Shown: positions 1 to 9,312, counted from the first letter of the stretch. The stretch: 23,626 bases of DNA from Andalucia godoyi And28 (GCA_009859145.1 VRVR01000012.1:382917-406542), one strand, 5' to 3'. The notes: generated by a model from the letters alone, not told the origin. Program-made: numbers and translations.

Positions 1-63
1 CTCTCTCTCTCTCTCTCTCTCTGCCTCTGTCTTTTTTTCCCCCTTCGTTTTTTTTTTTTTTTT
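1..63. repeat. (CT)11 microsatellite followed by a T16 tract
   Basis: CT repeat at 1-22 and poly-T at 48-63 read directly. Confidence 0.95.
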
Positions 64-414
64 GGCCAGTACGCCTTCTTCTGCGGTTTCCATTTTGCTT
101 TCTTCGGAGTGTTTTCCATTTTTGGCTTTTTCATAAAACGGTTGTAGTTTGAAAATCCCCCGCAAGAGCTTGTTTGATGTGGGAGACGCCCACGATTTGT
201 CCGATCGCTCGCTATCAGTGTCTCCGCTTTCCTCCGATAACCACCCAATCAGCATTCATCATCATAGGCAACTGAACGACTCGGACGGAATTCCCTAGTT
301 ATTGCTGTCCAAGTAAATCCACAAGAGGGTCAAGAAAGGGAAAGGAAGAGCCTTTGCAAGTACAGAGAAGAGACAAAGCATCCTTTTCAATTTCTTTTTC
401 CTTGTTTTGTGAGG

Positions 415-957
415 ATGATGGAAATGACGATGCAGATGACGTTTAAGTGGTCGCAGACTGTGACTATTCTATGGGACTCGTGGAAGACAACGACGGAAAA
501 CGAGTATGTGACTTCGTGGTTCGTTATTTATTTTGCGACGGTTGCGTTTGAGGTTCTCAAGGCTTTGTGGGAGCGGTACGAGTGGAGGGTGACGTCGACT
601 CCGGCAGCGGAAGAAGGGGAAAGCGAGAAGCTGATGGGAATCAATCGCACGTCGGCGCCACCTTCGGCGTTGGATGGTGGTGGTGCACGACGAAGTGTGC
701 TTGTCGCCGATCCTTTTTCGTTCGTTTCATTCTCGACGATTCTGCAAGACGGCATTTTCTCGCTCCTTCATGCATTTTTTACGTCCGTGCACTACTTGCT
801 GATGCTTGTCTCGATGACATACAATGTCGGCTTGTTCTTTGCAATTATTGGAGGAACAATGACTGGAAACTGGATTCTCCGGACAATTTTGCGGTTGCAG
901 CACGGAGATGCCTACAATGCAGAGGTGCGTGGTACTCGAGGCTCTTGCTGCCACTAG
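415..957 (+). CDS. CTR: Ctr-family (SLC31) copper transporter, 180 aa
   Basis: N-terminal Met motif MMEMTMQM, TM2 MxxxM (MLVSM) followed by TYNxGLF, TM3 GxxxG (GTMTG), C-terminal CCH. First ATG is at 415; the ORF track starts at GTG 409. Confidence 0.92.
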   Translation: MMEMTMQMTFKWSQTVTILWDSWKTTTENEYVTSWFVIYFATVAFEVLKALWERYEWRVTSTPAAEEGESEKLMGINRTSAPPSALDGGGARRSVLVADPFSFVSFSTILQDGIFSLLHAFFTSVHYLLMLVSMTYNVGLFFAIIGGTMTGNWILRTILRLQHGDAYNAEVRGTRGSCCH

Positions 958-1265
958 ATTGCAGCACCTTCTTTGCCCGCTGTTTGCAGAATAGAAGTCG
1001 GGCGGGAAGGTTGGTGCTACTTGTTATTTTGCGCTAGTCGTGCTACTGGTGCGGAAATGCATGCATGCGTGGATGGATGGATGGGTAGGCGGACTCGTGA
1101 ATGATTTTGTGTTAATGCATTCATGCGTTGTAGAAAGAGAGAGAATAAACAAAGGAATAACAGAGCAATGTAAGCAGTCCGATGTTTATGGCACAATAGC
1201 GGAACGAAACGGACAGAGGAGGAAACGTTTCTGCAATGCTGGTGGAGGAGGATAAACATGACGCA

Positions 1266-2594
1266 CTAATGCTGGGAGAAAAGACCCTTCTCGGGGTTCG
1301 GAATCTTTTCCCTGGGGATCGTCGCAAGGTCTTCCACAGACTGCTTGATGATCTGGACACATTCACGGAGCTGCTCATCGGTGATGACAAGGGGCGGAGC
1401 CAGTCGGACGATATGGTCATGCGTGGGCTTGGCAAGCAGTCCGCGAGAGGCCATCAGCAAGCACAGTTCCCACGCAGTATTTCCAGTTGTTTTGGCCAGC
1501 TCATCATGGTCCACCACGATCGCATTCAGCAGTCCCTTTCCTCGAACCAACGAGATCGCAGGGCTCTTCAAATTTCGGAGTTCGGTCCTGAACATTTCGC
1601 CCAGCCTCTGCGACTTTTCCGCGAGTTTCTCGTCGAGAACGACCTGCAATGCCTCTTTCGCAACTGCGCAGCCCAGGGGGTTTCCGCCAAATGTCGATCC
1701 ATGCTCGCCAGGTTTGATCGTCAGCATGATCTCCGTGTTGCACAGTACTAGCGACACGGGGTACAGACCGCCCGACACTGCCTTTCCCAGGATCAGAATG
1801 TCCGGCTTCACCCCCTCGTGATCAACCGCAAGCATCTTGCCAGTTCTCGCTACCCCTGTTTGGATCTCATCAGCAATGAAGAGAACGTTGTGCTGCTGGC
1901 AGAGCTTCTTGGCCTTTGCAATGTATCCCTCATCTGGCACAAACACACCGGCTTCTCCTTGAATCGGTTCCACAATAAATCCTGCAGCAAGACTTCCGTA
2001 CGTCTTCAGACAATCTTCCAGCGACTCCAGACTGTTGTACTCCACCTTGACCACTCCCGGCAGCAGCGGCCCAAAGTCTTCAACCATGCTTGGGTCAGAC
2101 GACAGCGCCATGGCAGTTTGTGTCCGACCATGAAATGAGCCGCACGCAGAAATGATGATTGCTCGATCGTGAGGAACCTTCTTCACGCGATAGGCCCACC
2201 GCCGCGCAAGCTTTACGGCAGTCTCGACACCCTCCGCACCAGTGTTCATCGGCAACAGCATGTCAAATCCAAACAACTTGGTCGCGAACTCTGCAAACTC
2301 CCCCAGCTTGTCATTGTAGAATGCTCGCGAAGACAGAGCAAGTGTCTGGGCTTGCTTGGTCAGCGCCGCGACAATTCTCGGATGAGAATGGCCTTGGTTG
2401 ACCGCAGAGTACGCCGACAGAAAGTCATAGTATCGACGACCTTCAGGATCCCATACATGGACACCCGCTGCGCGGGAAAACACCACCGGAAGAGGATGGT
2501 AGTTGTGCGCCGAATACAGATACTCGCGACGCATCACATCCTTGGAGGCCTCGGACGCGAATTTTCGCAGCAAAACAGAAGAGGTACGAAGCAT
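1266..2594 (-). CDS. OAT: Ornithine aminotransferase, mitochondrial, 442 aa
   Basis: AHNYHPLPVV, DFLSAYSAVNQGH, EPIQGEAG, DEIQTG, PLP Lys in LGKAVSGG, HGSTFGGNPL. The start MLRTSSVLLRKFAS is presequence-like. Confidence 0.97.
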   Translation of the reverse strand: MLRTSSVLLRKFASEASKDVMRREYLYSAHNYHPLPVVFSRAAGVHVWDPEGRRYYDFLSAYSAVNQGHSHPRIVAALTKQAQTLALSSRAFYNDKLGEFAEFATKLFGFDMLLPMNTGAEGVETAVKLARRWAYRVKKVPHDRAIIISACGSFHGRTQTAMALSSDPSMVEDFGPLLPGVVKVEYNSLESLEDCLKTYGSLAAGFIVEPIQGEAGVFVPDEGYIAKAKKLCQQHNVLFIADEIQTGVARTGKMLAVDHEGVKPDILILGKAVSGGLYPVSLVLCNTEIMLTIKPGEHGSTFGGNPLGCAVAKEALQVVLDEKLAEKSQRLGEMFRTELRNLKSPAISLVRGKGLLNAIVVDHDELAKTTGNTAWELCLLMASRGLLAKPTHDHIVRLAPPLVITDEQLRECVQIIKQSVEDLATIPREKIPNPEKGLFSQH

Positions 2595-2596
2595 TT

Positions 2597-2646
2597 CTGG
2601 AAAAACGGAAGAGTTAGTAGTCTTGTCTCGCTTGGCACCAACAAAC
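2597..2646 (-). other. Putative 50-nt spliceosomal intron in the OAT 5' UTR
   Basis: Minus strand reads GTTTGT (2646) ... TACTAAC (2619-2613) ... pyrimidine tract ... CAG (ends 2597), 2 nt before the ATG. Alternative donor at 2648. Confidence 0.6.
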
Positions 2647-2690
2647 ACCTACGATTTTAAATAATTTCTAATTACAATTTGAATTTTAAA

Positions 2691-2750
2691 AAGAAGAAGA
2701 AGAAGCAGAAGCAGAAGCAGAAGCAGAAGCAGAAGCAGAAGCAGAAGAAG
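2691..2750. repeat. (AAG)n/(AAGCAG)n microsatellite
   Basis: Tandem AAG and AAGCAG units read directly. Confidence 0.95.
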
Positions 2751-3010
2751 GAATAATATAACAATAAATACAATCAAAGCAATAATAACTCGGATTCAAT
2801 GGAAACACAAGAAACCGGTACTATTGCGCTCAGCACATACAAACTTACGGATCGTGTGAAGCGTGCGGATTGGCTGCGAACAATGTCAAGACAGAACAAG
2901 AACGAGCTCGAAAACACGAGAGAGAACGTGGAAAGACGAAAAAGCGCCGAACTTCGATTTCCGTCCAGGTATTGAAAGAAGAGCTATTTGCGAGAAGTCA
3001 AACTTCGATA

Positions 3011-3083
3011 GAGGTGTTAGCTCAGTTGGTAGAGTAGCGGTCTCCAAAACCGTTGGTCGGGGGTTCGATCCCCTCACTCCTCA
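3011..3083 (+). tRNA. trnW: tRNA-Trp, anticodon CCA, no intron
   Basis: Cloverleaf: acceptor GAGGTGT/ACTCCTC, D arm GCTC/GAGT, anticodon arm GCGGT-CTCCAAA-ACCGT, T arm GGGGG-TTCGATC-CCCTC, A73. Pol III A and B boxes and a T5 terminator at 3084-3088; CCA not encoded. Confidence 0.96.
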
Positions 3084-3381
3084 TTTTTGTCTTTTTTTTC
3101 CACCGAACAGCAAGTTGCCGGAGCCACGCCCCAGAGTTATTTCTTGTCATTATTTGATTTTCTTTTGTTTTTAAATTAAAAAAAGAAAAAGAAAAAAAGA
3201 AAGCCAAACGAAAGCTTGTATAACGGAGATTGAGGATCAACATTTAAAAAAATGCTACAGCGCGGTGATGGAAATTCCTCCTCATGTGTTTACACAACTA
3301 CTTGCACTAACGAATAACGGTTTGAAACAACGAGAGGCGGGGCAAAAAGCGCTCGTTGCAATGCTGCTGCTACTGCTACTG

Positions 3382-4365
3382 CTACTCCAACTTCTTTGCA
3401 GAGACGGCCTTCTTGCGGTTTCCAGCAGAGTACTCCTTGATGAAGAAACGAGTGAAGAGAATCAAGAACGCGATGCCGATGACGTTGCCGAGCACGATTC
3501 CAAAGAACGTACCGGAGCAGTGGACGCCGCCCATTCCGTTCCAAGCAACCCACATGTACGACGTTCCCAAGTCGACAATGAACTGGACAATCTGGCACAG
3601 CGTAATGTGTTTCTTCCACCACGGCTTGTACGTCGGGTGTGCAATGGCGAGATAGTAGTAATAGTACATCGGGGTGTGGACGAATGAATTTGCAATCACC
3701 AGCACAAGCTGCTGGGTATGATCAGTTTGCATCAGCCACCAGAACAGGAATGGGACAACCGCGTGGTGGAACCAATGCAAAAAGATGAGCTCGGATCTGC
3801 GCAGGAGCAAAAGCACCGTGTCGAACAACTCGTAGTACTTGCTGGCATAAAAGACATAGCAAACCCAGCCAAGCGGACCCTTCATCAATGCGGCAGTGGG
3901 ATCGCACATCCAGTGATAGACAAATCCGTGGCCATTGTGCTCGCCACTGGGGTGTTCCGAGTAGAATTTGATGCCTTCCCAAATGGAAAACACAATGATC
4001 GACATCATCATTCCGAGACTCAGCCATGTGAGGATGAGGTTATGGATCATTGCACAAAACTTAAGGAACTTGTTCTCCTTTGCCGCCTTCTGCACCTCCT
4101 TGACCTCCTTTCCAGTTGCTTTCGCCACATTACGGTCTCGCTGCGCAAGATACGCCTTGAAGGAAAACACAACAAACAGGTATACAATTCCAGTCGCAAG
4201 AGGCGTGATCCAGTGACTGAACGGAGAAACATTTGTCTTCCACTCAAACTTGGGATACGATCCAAACCAAAGATCAGACCACTGAGCAGGCTGCCGATAC
4301 TCTCCGCGCGCAGTATCCACAAACTCGGTGAAAATGTCCCACGATCGGAAACCAACGATGCTCAT
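3382..4365 (-). CDS. ELO: ELO/GNS1-family fatty acid elongase, 327 aa
   Basis: HNLILTWLS, SKYYELFDT, HxxHH box (LHWFHH), NSFVHTPMYYYY, TLCQIVQF, C-terminal dilysine KKLE. The upstream in-frame extension in the ORF track is pyrimidine-rich UTR-like sequence. Confidence 0.95.
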   Translation of the reverse strand: MSIVGFRSWDIFTEFVDTARGEYRQPAQWSDLWFGSYPKFEWKTNVSPFSHWITPLATGIVYLFVVFSFKAYLAQRDRNVAKATGKEVKEVQKAAKENKFLKFCAMIHNLILTWLSLGMMMSIIVFSIWEGIKFYSEHPSGEHNGHGFVYHWMCDPTAALMKGPLGWVCYVFYASKYYELFDTVLLLLRRSELIFLHWFHHAVVPFLFWWLMQTDHTQQLVLVIANSFVHTPMYYYYYLAIAHPTYKPWWKKHITLCQIVQFIVDLGTSYMWVAWNGMGGVHCSGTFFGIVLGNVIGIAFLILFTRFFIKEYSAGNRKKAVSAKKLE

Positions 4366-5267
4366 TCTTCCAAACAACCGCCAATCGTAGAAGGACACAA
4401 AAGAAGACGATCCCCAAAAAGAAGGCGGGAAAAAAGAAAAAGATGAAGATGAAATCAAAAAGACTGAATAAGATGAAAATGAAAAAAATGTATAAAGGAA
4501 GAATGTAAATGAAAATAAAACGAGGTCAGGATAATCGGATACACTGTGCTGAGTGAGAGAATGAGCGATGAAAGGCCCGTTTAAGGCGCGCCAACTGGTG
4601 GGAGTTGCATTTTCCCGTCTGCTCACACGCACACATACACCGAGTACAGTTTTGTACTACAGTGATTTAATTGCTTCTCTGTGCTGTTCAGAGCTGCAAA
4701 GTGCAAATCTTGCAGTGGCGCATGGCAACGGGGAGGCAATAAGATACCTAGCGTGCAGGGCCGGGTCTCAGCACGTCACCAGAAACAACGTCGCCGCAAA
4801 TCCCGTCTCGGTTCTTTCTTGACAGACACACCAGACACAGAAACACAATGTCCCCCCGGTCGTCGCCCATGATCAAAGGAGACACTCCCACAATAACCAC
4901 AGGAAATCAAATGCGAGAAGCTTTCGCGGAATTCCATGTGAAACAATAGGCCGCGATGGTTCGAAAGGAAGCGCGAGTTGCCCAATACGGTTGCAGCTAT
5001 TTCCATTTCCGTCCGCTTCCGGGATGCAAGACGACGCATTCCGCACACCCAACTTCGAATCGACCTTTGCACACCCGACGCTACTTTTTTTTTGTGATGA
5101 TGTCCAGCTGGCCGGTGCTCGGTGTCCAAAGATAAACACCACCCAACTTCATTCGCTCGTTTAGTCGTTCCGTCATTTGCTTGGTTCTTTTTTTCCCCCC
5201 ACTCTCCTTCCTCCTCGGTTCTCACCTCCACCATCCCTTCCAGCCTCCCAGTTCTCAGTTCTTGCGG

Positions 5268-6394
5268 ATGGGGTTCATTCATCCGATTGTGGATGTGCTG
5301 CAGCACATTGCATCGCCACTGACTTCCTCGTGGGTCATCTACGGAACCACCAAGCTCACGCATGTTCCTTCCATCTCTGCCTACATGGCCGCTCGCTCCA
5401 TCCTCGCCTCTCGCGGTACCTCGAGCATGCACCTTCCAGTGTCCCCTCCTCCTCGTCCTGCTCTTTCTCCTCTCCCCCCTCCTTCTTCTTCCGCTTTGTC
5501 TGGTACGAGTAGCAGCATCGCGACATCTGTTCCTGCAGCCTCTGCCGTGCTGATGCAAAAGAGGATGTTCTCCACCTGTCTCGCTGCTGCTGCACGTCCT
5601 GGTCCATGACGATCATCACGTTCACACTCGCATTCCGGCTGCTGGTCTTTCCGCTGAACGTCTCACTCGTCCGGAACGCCCGCAGGCTCTACAACATCCA
5701 GCCGCAAATCGACCACTATTCCAGGCTTATGCGTGTCCCGGAGGCACTCGACGGCGGCACAGCCTCCCCTTCCGCCGTCGCAGCAGCAGCACCCCCCGCA
5801 CCCCCCGCACCCGCCGCAACGGCAGAGGCAGAGGCAAGAGAAGGCGAATCGTTTGAGGAGGTAGCAGCAAGTCGAGTCCGAGCAGCGTCCTCACTGATGG
5901 CGCTGTTCAAAGAGCAAAAGTGCCATCCGCTGAAAAACGTTCTTTCGCCGCTGTTGTTCGCGCCGATGTTTCTGACGATCTTTGCGGCTGTGCACCGGCT
6001 CTCGGATCCGCACCCCTCCGCCGCCACTGCCGGTGGAGTCGAGCTGGCGACGCAGCAGCACCCGGGAATCACGACAGAAGGAATGCTGTGGTTTTCGGAC
6101 CTGACGGCCTCGGACCCGACGTTTATGCTGCCGGTGGTCTCGGCGATTACGTGGCTCATTACGATCGAGCTCGGGCTCCAGGGCGTGCCTGCGTGGGCGA
6201 CGACGTCTGCCTGGAGGCAGATCGTCCGCCTCATCCCGCTGTTTTTCATGCCGATTACGTTCCCGCTGTCCTCGGGGGTGTTTCTGTACTGGCTGACTTC
6301 CAACGCCGTTGCAATCGCCCGCACCATCCTTTTGCGGTCCGCGGCTGTCCGAAAGTTCTTCCGTGTCCCCGATCTCGCCAAGACTCTTCCATGA
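5268..6394 (+). CDS. OXA1: Oxa1/Cox18/YidC-family membrane insertase; core in 5600-6394, 5' structure unresolved (two frames)
   Basis: WSMTIITFTLAFRLLVFPL (TM1 with conserved Arg), KCHPLK, LWFSDLTASDPTFMLP, SGVFLYWLTSN. An upstream ORF at 5268-5609 is in another frame. Confidence 0.85.
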
Positions 6395-6495
6395 CGTAAA
6401 AGACGGAGCAAGGAAGGGAAGTCGGTGCGTAAAGACCGAATTAAAAAAAAAACAAAAAAAAAGAAAAACTGAGGTGGGGGGTTTCAATTTTTTAA

Positions 6496-7146
6496 TTACA
6501 GTTCCGAGGAGAGAGCAATGTACAGACCTTCCTGGGCGCTCCACTGTACGTTTTGGGACCTGTCCTTGGCAGCATATACTTCTTGCTGTCCTCGGATTGG
6601 ATCTCCGAATCGGTGGCGACCATTCGAGGCAAGCATCAGCGCCGTGTCGACATGCTCAAACATGACGGCACCCGACCGTTTCCATGATTTTGAGCCGTCG
6701 ACGGTGACGATCTTCCAGAAGTCACCCGAGTCCCTTCCTTCATATGCGGACACTTCCTGGTTCCCACTCAGCGGAGAAGCATGCAAGTGAGAGTGCAGGA
6801 GCTTGCGTGTCTGAACATGTTCAAGCGTGACGACCTGTCCGTTTTTCAATGCCTGACCAGGCTTGCATTCCGGACCCCACACCTTCCAATACGAGTTTGG
6901 ATCGCTTGACCCCGCATAGCACGTGACAGACTGCTGTCCGCTGCCTGATCCATACTTCACCTCGTGGGAATGCAAACGATAACGAGTCGCCATATGCTCA
7001 AGCTTCATCATCGATCCACACGTCACGTACGAGTGATCGTCGTTTGCCCCCGCATTCGCAGGCGGCGATCCAAGAATCAACAGCACGGCCGAAGAGATCA
7101 ACAACGCATACACAAGGCTTCTTTGTCCACCACACGTCATCATCAT
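6496..7146 (-). CDS. SDF2: Stromal cell-derived factor 2 (MIR-domain ER protein), 216 aa
   Basis: Signal peptide, VTCGSMMKLEH, RLHSHEVKYGSGSGQQSVT, LHSHLHASPLSGNQEVSAY, PIRGQQEV, C-terminal SSEL. Confidence 0.96.
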   Translation of the reverse strand: MMMTCGGQRSLVYALLISSAVLLILGSPPANAGANDDHSYVTCGSMMKLEHMATRYRLHSHEVKYGSGSGQQSVTCYAGSSDPNSYWKVWGPECKPGQALKNGQVVTLEHVQTRKLLHSHLHASPLSGNQEVSAYEGRDSGDFWKIVTVDGSKSWKRSGAVMFEHVDTALMLASNGRHRFGDPIRGQQEVYAAKDRSQNVQWSAQEGLYIALSSEL

Positions 7147-7549
7147 CTATAGCCAGCGCCAGCAATAACAAAATCAAACTAAAAATGAAAATATTATAAA
7201 AAACACTCCAATTGTAATAATAAAACACAGGAAGAATTTGATTGGGAAAGAATGCCACGTGTTTTGATGTGGGTTGATGCTTGATGCTTGATGCTGTTGG
7301 TTTTTTCTGCGATGCATCAACTGACTCTGGAATCGGCGGGGACATTTTTACATTAATAATAAAAGCAAAAAGCCATTTCAAGTTGGAATTTGCGTGGGTT
7401 TTGTCAAACAGCAGCGTTGCGTCTGCATTCTACACGTTCTTACCTGGAGCGTAGAATCCGGGATTCGTTTTTCTTCTTCGTCATCATCATCTTCCCTTTT
7501 CTTTTCTTCCTTTTCTGATTTGCTTTGTTGCGAGGAGAGTCGGCTTTAG

Positions 7550-8623
7550 ATGCATACTGCAGACATGAACAGATCAGACAACATTCTTCTAGAGCCGTAC
7601 GAGCATTTGGCAAGAATACCAGGAAAGAACGTGCGATCGATGCTTGTGGATGCGTACAACGAATGGCTCTGCGTCCCCGAAGACAAGGTTTCCATCATCA
7701 AGAACATCATTGCAAAGCTTCATAATGCTTCATTATTGTTTGTCCTTTTCACAGTTTTCGCTTTTTTAAAAATTTCTGTTTTGTTTTGGCTCGCTCATCC
7801 GAGCTTTCACGAGTGCTCTAACATCTTCTTGTTTGGTTTTGGGTTTTTGGTTTTTTTTTTGGTTGGTAGGATTGATGATATAGAAGATAATTCAAAACTT
7901 CGACGCGGAATTCCAGCTGCACACACAATCTATGGAATTCCGGCGACCATCAATACCGCGAATTACGTATATTTTTTGGCAATGTCCGAGGCAATTGCGC
8001 TTGGATCAACGGCACTTGTTGACGGATTTCTAAAGGAGATGATTGCCCTCCATCAAGGCCAGGGCGAGGACATCTACTGGAGAGACACACATACCTGTCC
8101 AACAGAGGAACAGTATGAAAAGATGGTTATGGACAAGACCGGTGGATTGTTCCGGCTGACCGTGCGACTTATGCTTGAATTCTCCAAGCACGAGAATGGA
8201 GGAGTGGCAAGACAGGACGACGAGTTTTATTTATCATTGGCTTCGGAGCTGGGTCTGTACTTCCAAATCATGGACGATTATTTGAACCTGAAGTCGACTG
8301 TGTACGCGGCAAACAAGTCGTTCGCAGAGGACTTGTCGGAAGGAAAATATTCGTTCCCAATCATCCACTGCATTCGCGCATCCCCGTCCGATCGCCGTGT
8401 AGAAAACATCCTCAAACAACGGACGCAGGATGTTGATCTCAAACAGTACGTGTTGCAACTGATAGAACGTGCAGGATCCTTTGACTATACAAGAGAGTAT
8501 TTATGCAAGATGCACGAACAAGTGGTGTCCAAAATCAAGACAAGGCCAAACCCAATGCTGTCAAAAGTTGTTGACAGTTGGTTCCAGATGTGGAACGGAG
8601 TTGACAAGCCTCTTTCCTCATAA
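7550..8623 (+). CDS. GGPS1: Geranylgeranyl diphosphate synthase (type III), join(7550..7737,7870..8623), about 313 aa; alternative start 7565
   Basis: ILLEPY, PGKxVR, LHNASLL|IDDIEDNSKLRRG (FARM restored by splicing), LHQGQGEDIYWRD, DKTGGLF, QIMDDYLNL, EDLSEGKYSFPIIH. Confidence 0.96.
   Translation: MHTADMNRSDNILLEPYEHLARIPGKNVRSMLVDAYNEWLCVPEDKVSIIKNIIAKLHNASLLFVLFTVFAFLKISVLFWLAHPSFHECSNIFLFGFGFLVFFLVGRIDDIEDNSKLRRGIPAAHTIYGIPATINTANYVYFLAMSEAIALGSTALVDGFLKEMIALHQGQGEDIYWRDTHTCPTEEQYEKMVMDKTGGLFRLTVRLMLEFSKHENGGVARQDDEFYLSLASELGLYFQIMDDYLNLKSTVYAANKSFAEDLSEGKYSFPIIHCIRASPSDRRVENILKQRTQDVDLKQYVLQLIERAGSFDYTREYLCKMHEQVVSKIKTRPNPMLSKVVDSWFQMWNGVDKPLSS
7738..7869 (+). other. 132-nt spliceosomal intron in GGPPS
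   Basis: GTTTGT donor, CTCTAAC branch-like site near 7817-7823, T-rich tract, TAG acceptor. Removal regenerates the conserved ASLL-IDD. Confidence 0.92.
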
Positions 8624-8873
8624 ATTTAAGCCAAAAACGATAATTCCGGTAAATCAGACACGGCCAATACTGGCCGACACCAGCTCGTTTGTTTCACAGG
8701 AATTCGTGCTTACGCGTAGCCATCTATTCTATCATTCGTTCAGCGCACTGCCAAGAGGCGAACTTCCAAGAAATGATCTCCAATCCCCAGCACGCAGGGT
8801 AGCCAACCCCAAGCAGAAGCCTCAGGGACCGTCTCTTGCAGAACTCGTGGTTTTCTGCTACGATGCACCAGGC

Positions 8874-8900
8874 GCAGTCGCAGTCGCAGTCGCAGTCGCA
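8874..8900. repeat. (GCAGTC)4 hexamer repeat
   Basis: Read directly. Confidence 0.9.
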
Positions 8901-9312
8901 AAACCCCACCGTCTTCCTACCGCCTCTTCCTCTCGTATCTCCAGCTGCATCAATCGCTGCAACTGAGGACACGAAAAGCGCCTGCTGCCAGGGCCGTCAG
9001 AATCAAAAAATGCACCCTTCTCAGGAACAACGTGCCACGCTGAGAACGTGGCTCACCGATTGATCGAGATTGGGAACGGAGCGCGGAGCGCGGAGCATTT
9101 ATCTGAAGAGCGCCGTGAGGCGTGTTGGGGGCCTATCCCCTTCGCGGCAACGGGATGCAAGATTGAATATGCATGTCTATTCGTATATATATGCATGTTC
9201 AGTGTATAATGTAGGCTTGCAGTGAACCAACAAAGACATTGGACGATCGGGGGGTGGGTGTGGTGGGCGGGGATTACATTGCTCGACCTGTCGAGAACTC
9301 GGAAATTCAAAA

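Noticed and set aside
1-255. Minus-strand frames open to the window edge (MLIGWLSEESGD...)
   Set aside because: They run into poly-A and (AG)n low-complexity sequence, with no recognisable motif
362-382. TACAGAGAAGA...AGCAT resembling the U6 snRNA ACAGAGA box
   Set aside because: The flanking U6 sequence and internal stem-loop are absent; chance match in a purine-rich stretch
1056-1128. 15-nt imperfect direct repeat AATGCAT(G/T)CATGCGT in the Ctr/OAT spacer
   Set aside because: Two copies built from ATGC/ATGG microsatellite units; not CRISPR-like and no further copies
3361-3384. Tandem in-frame stops TAG CAG TAG CAG TAG after ELO
   Set aside because: Explained by a (CAGTAG)n microsatellite; not a known readthrough context
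4366-4632. 89-aa hydrophobic N-terminal extension of ELO in the ORF track
   Set aside because: F/S-rich translation of a pyrimidine-rich UTR. The same applies to the extensions on OAT, ATAT1 and CCDC22
9010-9063. HPSQEQRATLRTWLTD resembling homeodomain helix 1
   Set aside because: A stop follows immediately and no helix 3 (WFxNxR) appears in any frame
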